Below, piece after piece: positions 41,917 through 51,269 of a stretch of DNA of 64,000 nucleotides. Positions within the stretch are counted from its first letter, which is position 1. Each line of letters starts with the position of its first letter. Made by a program: the position numbers and the translations under genes. The notes under the pieces were generated by a model. That model was not told where the DNA came from. It ran no database searches and was given only the letters and a program-made list of their open reading frames with translations. Origin of the DNA: Candidatus Zixiibacteriota bacterium (GTDB lineage Bacteria; Desulfobacterota; Binatia; UBA9968); contig DATLYW010000031.1 in NCBI GenBank assembly GCA_035574315.1, positions 68,574 through 132,573 on the forward strand. The letters are read 5' to 3'.

Positions 41917-42342
41917 ATGGACGGTCGACAGCGTTACCGCATCATTCCGCGGCAGTCCGAGCTGGCCGTTCGCATTGTCGGAGAGTCTCAGTCCGAGCTG
42001 TTCGCCAATGCTGGCTTCGCCCTCTTCGACCTCATGACCGAACTCGACAAGGTCGAAGTCAAGGAGCGGGTTCAGCTCGAAGTGGATGGGGCAGACCTCG
42101 ACGATCTGATGGTCAACTGGACCCGTGAGCTGCTTTACCTCTATCAAGGGAGCGGCTATCTTTTAAGGGAGTTTCTCGTGCGCGAGGCGTCCGAGACCCG
42201 GGTGCGCGCGGAAGTCTGCGGGGAAAAGATCGATCCCGACCGACACGAGATCAAAAGGGAGATCGTCGGTGTGGCCCTGCACCAGAGCCGCCTGCAAAAG
42301 ACCGGAAACCAGTGGACGGCCCAGCTCGTCTTCGAGATCTGA
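41917..42342 (+). CDS. Archease family protein
   Basis: Internal ATG of the longer ORF. N-terminal YRIIP..LAVRIVGESQSELFANAGFALFDLMT and C-terminal HEIKREIVGVALH match the archease family. Confidence 0.6.
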   Translation: MDGRQRYRIIPRQSELAVRIVGESQSELFANAGFALFDLMTELDKVEVKERVQLEVDGADLDDLMVNWTRELLYLYQGSGYLLREFLVREASETRVRAEVCGEKIDPDRHEIKREIVGVALHQSRLQKTGNQWTAQLVFEI

Positions 42343-42348
42343 GCGCTC

Positions 42349-43752
42349 ATGAGTCATCCGGCCGACACGGAATACGAAGGTACGGCGCTGATCGCGGATC
42401 CGATCCACCGCTATATCCAGTTCACCGTCCCGCGGCGCAAGGGGGAGGTGACGGAGAAGGCGATCGTCGACTCGCCGTGGGTGCAGCGTCTGCGCTACAT
42501 CTACCAGCTGCAGAGCGCGCGCTGGGTCTATCCCTCTGCGGAGCACAGCCGCTTCCAGCACTCCCTGGGCGCCATGCACCTGGCCGGAGAGTTCGCCAAG
42601 CACCTCTACCCGTCCCTGCGCGCGGTCCTGGGAGACGAATGCCCCTCCGCCCCGCTGGTCGAGGAATATATGCGCATCACCGGCCTGCTCCACGACGTCG
42701 GGCACGGACCGTTCGGCCATTTCTTCGACGACAACTTCCTGCACGACTACGGCTTGACGCACGAGGATCTCGGGCAGGCGATCATTCAAAAGCACCTCGG
42801 CGACCTGATCTGCCAGCTGCGGCGCAGCCCGAACGGTCCGTTCGCCCCGGGTGAGGAGCTCAAGCCCGAGTACGTGGCGTTTCCGATCAAGAAGGACGGC
42901 GAGGACGACCCGCAGATGCCTCGCTGGGTGCGCTTTCTGCAGCCGCTGACCAGCGGCATCTTCACCTTCGACAATCTGGACTACGTCTCGCGCGACTCCT
43001 ACATGTGCGGCGTGGCCGCCGGGCCGGTGGATTGCGCCCGCCTGCTTTACTACACGTTTTTCTCCCCCAAAGGCCTGACGCTGCACAAGGCGGGCAACAG
43101 CGCGCTGACGATGTTCCTGAACACCCGGCTCTATCTGTACACGAACGTGTACTACCACCGCACCACCCGGGCCATCGACCTCCATCTCAGGGACATTTTT
43201 CCCGAGACGATGCGGATCGTCTTTCCGGGCAACCCGCTCCAGCACATGGAGGATTACCTCTATCTCACCGACTGGTCGCTGCTCGAAGAGGTCTCGCGGT
43301 GGCGCCGGCAAAAGGGGGAGCGCGAGGCGCTCGGCAGGGAATGGGACACGGTGCTGCGCCGCGAGGTCAAGTGGAAAATGGCCTACGACCGCACGCTGTC
43401 GCTGAACGAGCTGCAGTACGGCGTCACGCTGCTCCAGGACGCCGACTGGGAGAAGCGGATCCGCGCTGCGCTGCCCCAGGAAAGCCGCGGTCTCGTCTTT
43501 CGCGTCGACATGGCGACCCAGGATCCCCGCCCGGAAAACCCCTTCGCCATGGGCAAGAAGCAGATTCACATCTTCGACCCTTCCACGGGCGAGATCACCA
43601 AGGAGTCGCTCGCCGAGCTCTTCGAGTTCATCCCGTCTAAGGTTGTCCAGTTCCGCGTCTTCGCCCTGGACCACGACCACGACCAGCTCCTCTCGGAGGT
43701 GGCGGAGCGAGCGCTCAAGAACCGGGCACCCGCGGTCAAGACCAGTGTCTGA
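42349..43752 (+). CDS. HD-domain dNTP triphosphohydrolase-like protein (Dgt/SAMHD1 family)
   Basis: HSLGAMHLA...LLHDVGHGPFGH HD motifs typical of dGTPase-like enzymes; 7 nt after the archease stop. Confidence 0.7.
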   Translation: MSHPADTEYEGTALIADPIHRYIQFTVPRRKGEVTEKAIVDSPWVQRLRYIYQLQSARWVYPSAEHSRFQHSLGAMHLAGEFAKHLYPSLRAVLGDECPSAPLVEEYMRITGLLHDVGHGPFGHFFDDNFLHDYGLTHEDLGQAIIQKHLGDLICQLRRSPNGPFAPGEELKPEYVAFPIKKDGEDDPQMPRWVRFLQPLTSGIFTFDNLDYVSRDSYMCGVAAGPVDCARLLYYTFFSPKGLTLHKAGNSALTMFLNTRLYLYTNVYYHRTTRAIDLHLRDIFPETMRIVFPGNPLQHMEDYLYLTDWSLLEEVSRWRRQKGEREALGREWDTVLRREVKWKMAYDRTLSLNELQYGVTLLQDADWEKRIRAALPQESRGLVFRVDMATQDPRPENPFAMGKKQIHIFDPSTGEITKESLAELFEFIPSKVVQFRVFALDHDHDQLLSEVAERALKNRAPAVKTSV

Positions 43753-44938
43753 CGCCTACCGCATTCCGATCGTCGACCTGCGCGCGCAGTACCGGGTGAT
43801 CGAAACGGAGGTCCGCGCCGCTCTCGACGAGGTTCTGCAGAGCCAGCGGTTCGTTCTCGGACCGGCGGTGGCGCGCTTCGAGGAGCGCTTTGCGGCCTAC
43901 CTGCGCGGCGGCCGCGCCGTAGGAGTCGCCTCCGGGAGCGACGCCCTGCTCCTGGCCTTGATGGCCCTCGGCATCGGGCCCGGCGACGGCGTGCTGGTGC
44001 CGACCTTCACCTTTTTCTCCACCGCCTCCGCCGTGGTCCGCCTCGGGGCGCGGCCGCTTTTTCTCGATATCGACCCGAAAAGCTACACGCTTTCGGCGGC
44101 CGACGTCGCCGAGTTCCTCGACCGGAGCTGCCGCGAGGAGGAAGGCCGACTCAAACATCCGCAAAGCGGGACGACCGTGAGGGCGATCCTGCCGGTTCAC
44201 CTTTTCGGCCGCTGCGCGCCGATGCCCGACCTGTGCGAGACCGCGCGCCGGCGGGGACTGTGGGTCGTCGAGGACGTGGCGCAGGCCTGCGGCGCCCGGC
44301 TGGTCTCGGACGGAGGGGAGAAACTCGCCGGCACCTTCGGCGACTTCGGCTGTTTTTCCTTCTTTCCGAGCAAGACCCTGGGCGGTTACGGCGACGGCGG
44401 CGCGGTCGTCGCCGCGTCCGAAGCCGCCGCCGAGCGCCTCCGCGTCCTGCGGATGCACGGCGAGCGCGTCAAGTACCGCCACGAGCTGATCGGCATCAAC
44501 TCGCGCCTCGACTCGCTCCAGGCGGCGGTGCTTTCGGTCAAGCTCCGCCACCTCGACCGCTGGTGCGCGCAACGCGTCGAGCGCGCGGCGACCTACGACC
44601 GGCTGTTCCGGGAAAGCGGTCTGCCCGGCGCCGGAATCCTCGCCCTGCCGGAGCTTTGCCCGGGACTGGCGCATGTCTTCAACCACTACGTCGTCCGCGC
44701 AGAGCGCCGCGACGACCTCCGGAGCCATCTAGCCGACCGGGCCATTCAGGCGGAAATTTATTACCCGCTGCCGCTTCACCTGCAGCCCAGCTTTGCCCAT
44801 TTCGGCCACCGGCCGGGAGATTTCCCCCGGGCGGAACGGGCCTCCCGGGAGGTGCTGGCCTTGCCGCTCTACCCGGAGCTTTCCGACGCGCAGCAGCGAA
44901 CGGTGGTGGAGGCCGTCGCCGAATTCTACCGCGTATAG
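43745..44938 (+). CDS. DegT/DnrJ/EryC1/StrS-family PLP-dependent sugar aminotransferase (GTG start inferred)
   Basis: DegT family hallmarks including conserved Lys region FSFFPSKTLGGYGDGG; overlaps the HD gene stop. Confidence 0.8.
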   Translation: MSDAYRIPIVDLRAQYRVIETEVRAALDEVLQSQRFVLGPAVARFEERFAAYLRGGRAVGVASGSDALLLALMALGIGPGDGVLVPTFTFFSTASAVVRLGARPLFLDIDPKSYTLSAADVAEFLDRSCREEEGRLKHPQSGTTVRAILPVHLFGRCAPMPDLCETARRRGLWVVEDVAQACGARLVSDGGEKLAGTFGDFGCFSFFPSKTLGGYGDGGAVVAASEAAAERLRVLRMHGERVKYRHELIGINSRLDSLQAAVLSVKLRHLDRWCAQRVERAATYDRLFRESGLPGAGILALPELCPGLAHVFNHYVVRAERRDDLRSHLADRAIQAEIYYPLPLHLQPSFAHFGHRPGDFPRAERASREVLALPLYPELSDAQQRTVVEAVAEFYRV

Positions 44939-45000
44939 CTTTACGCCTTTCTTCGCGTGTGTTAGAAACTTCCGGAACCGCCAGGTTGCCGGGGTGCGCC

Positions 45001-45579
45001 ATGCGAGAGACCATCCGACGCGCGTTCGAAGAAAGCGTGGAAGTCAAGCGGGCGTTTTTGCGCGACCACTGCGACGCGCTCATCGCCGCGGCCGAGGCCG
45101 TGGTCGATTGCCTCCGCCGGGGCAACAAGCTCTTGATCTTCGGCAACGGCGGCAGCGCCGCCGACGCGCAGCACATCGCGGCCGAATTCGTCAATCGCTA
45201 CCGCGCCGAGCGACCGCCGCTCGCGGCCATCGCCCTGACCACCGACAGCTCCGCCATAACCAGCATCGCCAACGATTATGAGTACGCCGAAGTTTTCGCC
45301 AAGCAGCTCCGGGCGCTCGCCAAGCCCGGTGACGTAGCCTGGGCGATCTCCACCAGCGGCAACGCTGCCAACGTGCTCCGCGCCGTCGACACCTGCCGCC
45401 GCCTGGGGATCACCACGATCGGCATGACCGGCGGCGACGGCGGCAAGCTGCGCGGCAACGTCGACCACCTCCTGTGCGTCTCGGCGACAAAGACCACGGC
45501 TCGGATCCAGGAAACTCACATCCTCATCGCCCACGTCCTTTGCGAGCTGGTGGACGAGCAACTCTTTCCCTCGAGCTAA
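45001..45579 (+). CDS. gmhA: Sedoheptulose-7-phosphate isomerase GmhA (SIS domain)
   Basis: SIS motif LIFGNGGSAADAQH and downstream conserved residues. Confidence 0.8.
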   Translation: MRETIRRAFEESVEVKRAFLRDHCDALIAAAEAVVDCLRRGNKLLIFGNGGSAADAQHIAAEFVNRYRAERPPLAAIALTTDSSAITSIANDYEYAEVFAKQLRALAKPGDVAWAISTSGNAANVLRAVDTCRRLGITTIGMTGGDGGKLRGNVDHLLCVSATKTTARIQETHILIAHVLCELVDEQLFPSS

Positions 45580-45592
45580 CCCCACCGGCTCC

Positions 45593-46540
45593 ATGGCCGC
45601 CAAGACCTTCAAACCGCTCGATTTTTCACGGGTCCGCACCTACCCCGCCGCCAGGAGGCCAAGCAAGGTTCAAAGCTCCCTGCTCGGGGGAAAGCTGCGC
45701 CGGGGAATCACCCTGCGGTCCTGGATCGAGAGTCTCCCGGACATCCTCGCCGCCCGCAACTTCAAGGCCGTCGCGGCCAAGATCGCCGCAGCGAGCCGGA
45801 GCGGGAAAACGGTTTTGCTCGGCATGGGCGCTCACCCGATCAAGGTGGGCCTGAGCCCGCTGATCATCGACTTCATGGAGCGCGGGATCGTCCATGCGGT
45901 CGCGCTCAACGGAGCCGGCATCATCCACGATTTCGAGCTCGCCTTCATGGGCAAGACCTCGGAAGATGTCGCTGCGAGTCTCAAAGACGGCAGCTTCGGC
46001 ATGGCGGAGGAAACCGGCTCTTTCCTGAACCGGGCGATCAGCGACGGTGTCGCCGGCGGCCTCGGCATCGGCGCCGCGGTAGGCGCTGCGATCCTGGCGG
46101 CGAAGCTGCGGCACCGGCGGCTGAGCATCCTCGCGGCCGGGGCCCGCCTGGGCATTCCGGTGACCGCGCACGTCGCCATCGGCACGGATATCATTCACAT
46201 GCATCCACGGGCCGACGGCGCCGCGATCGGGGAGGGCACGATGCGCGACTTTCGCACGTTCGCTTCCGTGGTCGCCACGCTCGACGCCGGTGTTTACCTG
46301 AATCTGGGCTCGGCAGTGGTGCTCCCCGAGGTATTCCTCAAGGCCGTAAGCCTCGCCCGCAACCTCGGCCACCCGCTGCGGAACCTTACCACGGTCAACC
46401 TCGACTTCATCGCCCACTACCGCCCGCTCACCAACGTGGTCTCGAGACCTACGCTCGACGGCGGCAAGGGCTATCACCTGACCGGCCACATGGAGATCAT
46501 GGTGCCGTTGCTCTTCGCCGCCGTTCTGGAAGCGCTGTGA
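45593..46540 (+). CDS. Deoxyhypusine synthase-like protein
   Basis: Motif N-G-A-G-I-I-H-D resembles the DHS T-A-G-G-V-E-E-D NAD-binding segment; C-terminal ...GKG.....MVPLLFAAVLEAL resembles DHS ...WGKI...VFPLLVAETFA. Assignment by recollection only. Confidence 0.45.
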   Translation: MAAKTFKPLDFSRVRTYPAARRPSKVQSSLLGGKLRRGITLRSWIESLPDILAARNFKAVAAKIAAASRSGKTVLLGMGAHPIKVGLSPLIIDFMERGIVHAVALNGAGIIHDFELAFMGKTSEDVAASLKDGSFGMAEETGSFLNRAISDGVAGGLGIGAAVGAAILAAKLRHRRLSILAAGARLGIPVTAHVAIGTDIIHMHPRADGAAIGEGTMRDFRTFASVVATLDAGVYLNLGSAVVLPEVFLKAVSLARNLGHPLRNLTTVNLDFIAHYRPLTNVVSRPTLDGGKGYHLTGHMEIMVPLLFAAVLEAL

Positions 46541-46624
46541 AAGCCGGCGCTTGCGGTCCGGCAACCCTCCTTTACGCTCCTTCGCTTTTCTGGTTACATA
46601 CGAAGAGGGCATCCAGACGTCGAC

Positions 46625-46647
46625 GGAAAACCGGCTCCGGTTTTTCC
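46625..46647 (+). terminator. Hairpin GGAAAACCGG-CTC-CCGGTTTTTCC, 85 nt after the DHS-like gene
   Basis: 10-bp perfect stem read directly; T-run within the 3' arm. Confidence 0.3.
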
Positions 46648-46746
46648 GCCGCTCAGTCCTGGGATCTTGAGCCAGTGAACCCGACGGGACGGAGACCTCG
46701 ACGACGTCCGCCCGGCACCGGCGCACACCGGTAGACGCCGAATCCC

Positions 46747-47529
46747 ATGCTGATCACGCTCACGACCGACTTCGGCTACGTCGACCCGTTCGTCGGCATC
46801 ATGAAAGGCGTGATTGCCACGATCAACCCGGCCGCGCGGGTGATTGACATCACCCACGGCATTCGGCCCCAGGACGTTCTCGCGGCGGCGCTGGCGCTGA
46901 GGGAGGCCGTGCGCTACTTCCCCCCGGACTCCATTCACGTGGTCGTGGTCGATCCGGGGGTGGGCACGGAGCGGCGGCCGCTGCTGATCGGATACGGGGG
47001 CACCTACCTCGTGGGACCGGACAACGGCGTCTTGAGCCTCGCCTTCGAGGGACGCGAGCCCGATTGCCTGGTTTGCCTTTCGAACCCCGCTTACCATCTG
47101 CGCCCCGCGGCCGCGACCTTCCACGGGCGCGACATCTTCGCGCCGGCGGCGGCGCATCTCTCCTTGGGCGTTCCGCCGGCCGCCTTTGGCTACGGGGCGA
47201 GCACGTTCATCCGGCTTGAGCTGCCGGCGGTAAGAAAGTCGCCAGCCGCGCTCCATGGCTGCATCCTCTATATCGACGGCTTCGGCAACCTTTTTACGAA
47301 CATTCGCGAGGCCGACCTGGCGGACTGGGACCGTCGGACGCTGACGATCACCGTTCGCGGGCAGATGATCCGCGGCCTGGCCTCGAACTATGCGGCCGGC
47401 GCTTCCGGCGAGCTGATCGCCCTGGTCAACAGCTGGGGTTTCGTGGAGATCGCGCTTTTTCGCGGCAGCGCTCAGCTGAAAACTGGAGCCGTCATCGGCG
47501 ATCCGGTCAGCGTCGCCGTCGGCTCTTAG
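46747..47529 (+). CDS. SAM hydroxide adenosyltransferase family (DUF62; chlorinase/fluorinase-like SAM-cleaving enzyme)
   Basis: N-terminal TDFGYVDPFVGIMKGVI signature of the SalL/FlA/SAM hydrolase family. Confidence 0.75.
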   Translation: MLITLTTDFGYVDPFVGIMKGVIATINPAARVIDITHGIRPQDVLAAALALREAVRYFPPDSIHVVVVDPGVGTERRPLLIGYGGTYLVGPDNGVLSLAFEGREPDCLVCLSNPAYHLRPAAATFHGRDIFAPAAAHLSLGVPPAAFGYGASTFIRLELPAVRKSPAALHGCILYIDGFGNLFTNIREADLADWDRRTLTITVRGQMIRGLASNYAAGASGELIALVNSWGFVEIALFRGSAQLKTGAVIGDPVSVAVGS

Positions 47530-47553
47530 GGCCCGCCGGCCCAGGAGGTCATC

Positions 47554-48030
47554 ATGAGCGAGAGGTTAACTTGGGATCAGTACTTCATGACCATTACACG
47601 CCAGGTCGCGGAGCGATCGACCTGCACGCGGGCCAAGGTAGGGGCGGTCATCGTCCGGGACAAGAACATACTCGCGACGGGCTACAACGGCGCTCCGGCC
47701 GGCATGCCGCACTGTACAGATGTCGGCTGCCTGATCTACCACTCCCGGACGCCAAACGGCGACACGGAGGAGAACTGCTTCCGCACGATCCATGCCGAGA
47801 TGAACGCGATTGCGCAGGCGGCCAAGAACGGCTCGAGCATCAAGGACGCCTCCATTTACATCACGCACACTCCCTGCATTCACTGCCTCAAGGTGCTGGT
47901 GAATACGGGCATCAAGAACATCTATTATGAAAAGCCCTACAAGCTGAACACGCTGGACGAGCTGCTGCGCTATACGCAGGTCAACCTCTATCCCGTGGAG
48001 CTTCCAGAGGGGCCGGCGGGAGGGCAGTAG
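47554..48030 (+). CDS. dCMP deaminase (ComEB-type, zinc-dependent)
   Basis: HAEMNAI...PCIHC zinc-binding motifs of cytidine/deoxycytidylate deaminases. Confidence 0.85.
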   Translation: MSERLTWDQYFMTITRQVAERSTCTRAKVGAVIVRDKNILATGYNGAPAGMPHCTDVGCLIYHSRTPNGDTEENCFRTIHAEMNAIAQAAKNGSSIKDASIYITHTPCIHCLKVLVNTGIKNIYYEKPYKLNTLDELLRYTQVNLYPVELPEGPAGGQ

Positions 48031-48058
48031 CCCTCCGCCGGCCCCCGGCCCCACGCAC

Positions 48059-48385
48059 CTAAATCTTGGCTTGCAAGAGAATGGCGATCACGAAGCCGTA
48101 AAGCGCGAGAGCTTCAAGCAACGCGAGCGTGATCACCAGCGGCACGAACAGGCGATCGGCGGCGTTGGGATTTCGGCCGATGCTTTCCATTGCCGACGCG
48201 CCGACGCGGCCCTGACCGAGAGCCGCGCCGAAAGCGGCGATCGCGACGGCCACTCCGGCCGCAATCGCGATGGCGACCTTGGCCGGTGCTTCCGGACCGG
48301 CCGCGGCACCCTCGGCAGCGAACGCCAGCCCGGAATGGATCACGGCTAGGCCGACCGCCGCCGCAAGCGAGACCAGCTTCTTCAT
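48059..48385 (-). CDS. atpE: ATP synthase F0 subunit c, with ~35-aa N-terminal extension
   Basis: Two-helix hairpin with RNP loop (GRNPNAADRLF) and ion-binding Glu (LLEALAL). Extra signal-like N-terminus. Confidence 0.85.
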   Translation of the reverse strand: MKKLVSLAAAVGLAVIHSGLAFAAEGAAAGPEAPAKVAIAIAAGVAVAIAAFGAALGQGRVGASAMESIGRNPNAADRLFVPLVITLALLEALALYGFVIAILLQAKI

Positions 48386-48452
48386 CTTACCCCTCCTTTC
48401 CAGCGAATCCGGCCATCCCCTCCTCTCTCCTCATCCTCTGCGCGGCCGGCGC

Positions 48453-49250
48453 TTAATGATGTCCGTGAGCCGAGTGTTGCGCCCCCTCTTCCTCGTGGTC
48501 GTGGCCATGGCTGATCGCCAGGGCGACGTAGATCATGCTCAACAGCGTGAAAACGAACGCCTGGATCACCGACACGAGGGTCCCCATCGCGTAAAATGCT
48601 ACCGGCACGACGACTTTCGTGAGGCCGACGAAAGCTTCGATCACCTGATGGTCGCCCATCATGTTGCCGAAGAGCCGCAGCGACAGCGACACCGGTCTGA
48701 AACCGTGGGAAAACAGCTCGAGAATCAGGAAAAAGCTCGCGGAGATCAGCAGCACGGGAACGAACGCCAGCTTCGCCGCCGCGCTGCGCCCCGGGAGACT
48801 CGTCATCGGACCCAGAAAGTGCTTGAAGTAGCCGATCCCCTGCTCGCGCACGGCGATCACGTTGTAGCCAACGAACGAAACCAGCGCCAGACCGAGCGTG
48901 GTGTTCAAGTTGCTGGTCGGCGGCGAAAAGCCGGGCAGCAGTCCCAGAAGATTGCTGAGCAGAATGAAAAAGAAGAAGGTCGCGAAAAACGGCACGTACT
49001 TCCGCCCCGCCCTGCCGATGATCGCGTCGCTCTGGCTCACCACGAGCTGGAGCAGCAGCTCCGCGATGTTCCGTACGCCCAGGCCCTCGTCGGGAATGGC
49101 CGGGTCCCGAGCGCGCTCGAGCGCCGCACGAGCGGCTGCGGCGAAGAGGAACAGCAAAACCGCCGCGACCAGCGCAAAAAAGGTGTGATCCCCTACGGCG
49201 TGCCGCACTCCTTCGGGAAGCAGGAAGTACCAGGTGAAAGGATGTTCCAT
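48453..49250 (-). CDS. atpB: ATP synthase F0 subunit a, with His-rich C-terminal tail
   Basis: Conserved Arg in LSLRLFGNMMGDH; C-terminal tail SHGHDHEEEGAQHSAHGHH. Confidence 0.85.
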   Translation of the reverse strand: MEHPFTWYFLLPEGVRHAVGDHTFFALVAAVLLFLFAAAARAALERARDPAIPDEGLGVRNIAELLLQLVVSQSDAIIGRAGRKYVPFFATFFFFILLSNLLGLLPGFSPPTSNLNTTLGLALVSFVGYNVIAVREQGIGYFKHFLGPMTSLPGRSAAAKLAFVPVLLISASFFLILELFSHGFRPVSLSLRLFGNMMGDHQVIEAFVGLTKVVVPVAFYAMGTLVSVIQAFVFTLLSMIYVALAISHGHDHEEEGAQHSAHGHH

Positions 49251-49253
49251 GGT

Positions 49254-49634
49254 TCAGCTCTCGCCGAGTCCGACGGCGCCGCGCGCCGTCTCGAACAGGA
49301 TTGCGGGAAGCAACGCTGAGAAGCCGAGCGCGAACGACACCGGCTCGAGCTTCAGTCGGAAAAAGGCGAACGCCAGGATCCCGAGAAAGCAAAGCACCTT
49401 GAGCACGAGCAAACCCACGGCAGCCCTCGTCCGGCCTTTCCCCGCAAGCGGCTTGAGCACGACCGCAACCGCGCAGCTCAGGAGGTAGAAGTTCAGCCCC
49501 ATGAACAGCCCGCCGGCTGCAACCGACCCAGGTTCCGCGACTCCCATGGGTCCGAGGGCCGCGATCAGCGCCACGACCACGAGCCCGTGCCACAGCTCAA
49601 TCCGCTGGATGGTTTTCTTCGCCGCGTCGTTCAC
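49254..49634 (-). CDS. atpI: ATP synthase protein I (AtpI)-like small membrane protein
   Basis: ~120 aa, 4 TM helices, directly upstream of atpB. Start uncertain; overlaps atpZ. Confidence 0.55.
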   Translation of the reverse strand: MNDAAKKTIQRIELWHGLVVVALIAALGPMGVAEPGSVAAGGLFMGLNFYLLSCAVAVVLKPLAGKGRTRAAVGLLVLKVLCFLGILAFAFFRLKLEPVSFALGFSALLPAILFETARGAVGLGES

Positions 49635-49884
49635 GGTCTTCCCCAGAAAAAAAACGGACCCACTGCACCAGGCGAACCATCGCGCCGCCGAACGCGACGG
49701 CCGTCACCGCGATGAACAACCATGGCGAGGTGTCGAAATACCGGTCGGCGAGATAACCGACCAGCGCGCCGCCGAGAACGGTTCCAGGCAGTTCGAACGC
49801 GATTCCCAGATACAAGCCTGCTTTCCGCAGGAGCGGAGCCTGGCGGTCGTGCCGGCCGTTGGGGCGGCCCCCAACTTTCTCCAC
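49597..49884 (-). CDS. AtpZ/AtpR-like small membrane protein (putative F0F1-ATPase accessory subunit)
   Basis: ~95 aa, two TM helices with GxxxG; lies upstream of atpI. Confidence 0.45.
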   Translation of the reverse strand: MEKVGGRPNGRHDRQAPLLRKAGLYLGIAFELPGTVLGGALVGYLADRYFDTSPWLFIAVTAVAFGGAMVRLVQWVRFFSGEDRERRGEENHPAD

Positions 49885-49918
49885 TGCGGTAGGTTCTTAG
49901 CACGCGCGCCCCGGCGGG

Positions 49919-51253
49919 TCAACCGGAGCCTTCCCGGGCAGCCCACCGATCCAGAGCGTCGACGGCGCGCTCCAGATCGGCGCGGCTGTGCGCCAGGGAG
50001 ACGAAGGCCGCTTCGAACGGCGCCGGCGGCAGATAGATGCCGCGGCGCAGCATGCCGTGAAAGAACCCGGCGAACCGGCGCCGGTCGCACCGGCGCGCGT
50101 CGGCGGCGTTGCGAACGCTGCGCACGCCGAAAAAGACGGTCATCATAGAGCCGACCCGGTTGATGACGGCCGCGATGTCGTGCCGTCGCAGCGCCTCGGT
50201 GAACCCCTCCTCCAGAAAGCGCGACTTCCGCTCCAGCTTGCGGTAGGCGTTCCGGTCGCGGGCAAGCTCTTCGAGCGTCGCAAGGCCGGCCGCAACCGAC
50301 AGCGGGTTTCCGGAAAGGGTGCCCGCCTGGTAGACGGGGCCGTCGGGCGCCAGAAGGTCCATGATCTCGCGCCGCCCACCGAATGCCGCCAGCGGCAAGC
50401 CGCCGCCGGCGATCTTCCCCAGACAGGTCAGGTCCGGCCTGACTCGGTAAAGCTCCTGGGCGCCTCCAAGCGCCAGCCGGAAGCCGGTGATGACTTCATC
50501 GAAGATCAGCAGCGCGTGATGGCGGCGCGTAAGATCGCGCAGAGTGCTGAGGAATCCAGGCTGTGGCGGTATCACGCCCATGTTGCCGCACACCGGCTCC
50601 ACGATCACGGCCGCGATCCGGCTGCCGTACCGGGCAAAGAGGCGTTCGACGGAAGGCGAATCATTGAACGCCGCGACGATTGTTTCACGGGCGGCTCCAC
50701 CGACGACCCCGGGACTGTCCGGGAGACCGAAGGTCGCGGCTCCGGAGCCAGCGCGGACCAGCAGACCGTCGGCATGGCCATGGTAGCAGCCGTCGAACTT
50801 CACGATCTTCGGGCGCCCCGTAAAAGCCCGGGCCAGCCGCAGCGCGCTCATCGTCGCCTCGGTCCCTGAGCTCACGAGCCTGACCTTCTCTATCGAAGGC
50901 ACGAGCTTGCTGATCAGCTCCGCCAGACGAACCTCAAGCGTCGTCGGCGCCCCGAAAGTGGTGCCGTGCTGCAGAGCGTCCCGGACGGCGCGCACGATCC
51001 GGGGATGACGATGGCCGAGAATCAGCGGACCCCACGAGCCCACGAAGTCGACGTACTCGTTCCCGTCGACGTCCCGCACGCGCGACCCGTTGCCCGAAGC
51101 GATCAGCACAGGATGTCCGCCGACCGCCTTCCACGCTCGCACCGGACTGTTGACGCCGCCGGGGATCAGTCGCTGGGCGCGCCGAAACCAGGCGCGCGAT
51201 TTGGCGCTGCGCATCGTGCATTTCCCGTAACACCGCGCGCCGATTCCTGTCAA
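49919..51253 (-). CDS. hemL: Glutamate-1-semialdehyde 2,1-aminomutase (start possibly at 51214)
   Basis: Class III aminotransferase with HemL motifs (GSWGPLILGH, SGTEATMSALRLAR). Confidence 0.92.
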   Translation of the reverse strand: MTGIGARCYGKCTMRSAKSRAWFRRAQRLIPGGVNSPVRAWKAVGGHPVLIASGNGSRVRDVDGNEYVDFVGSWGPLILGHRHPRIVRAVRDALQHGTTFGAPTTLEVRLAELISKLVPSIEKVRLVSSGTEATMSALRLARAFTGRPKIVKFDGCYHGHADGLLVRAGSGAATFGLPDSPGVVGGAARETIVAAFNDSPSVERLFARYGSRIAAVIVEPVCGNMGVIPPQPGFLSTLRDLTRRHHALLIFDEVITGFRLALGGAQELYRVRPDLTCLGKIAGGGLPLAAFGGRREIMDLLAPDGPVYQAGTLSGNPLSVAAGLATLEELARDRNAYRKLERKSRFLEEGFTEALRRHDIAAVINRVGSMMTVFFGVRSVRNAADARRCDRRRFAGFFHGMLRRGIYLPPAPFEAAFVSLAHSRADLERAVDALDRWAAREGSG

Positions 51254-51269
51254 CGTTGCGCGCCAGCGT

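Noticed and set aside
42349-48030. Interpreting the Dgt-like dNTPase and dCMP deaminase as an anti-phage nucleotide-depletion defence pair
   Set aside because: Both are compact housekeeping-type enzymes (158-aa ComEB-like deaminase without the extra kinase/regulatory domains of defence deaminases); no other defence or mobile-element genes nearby.
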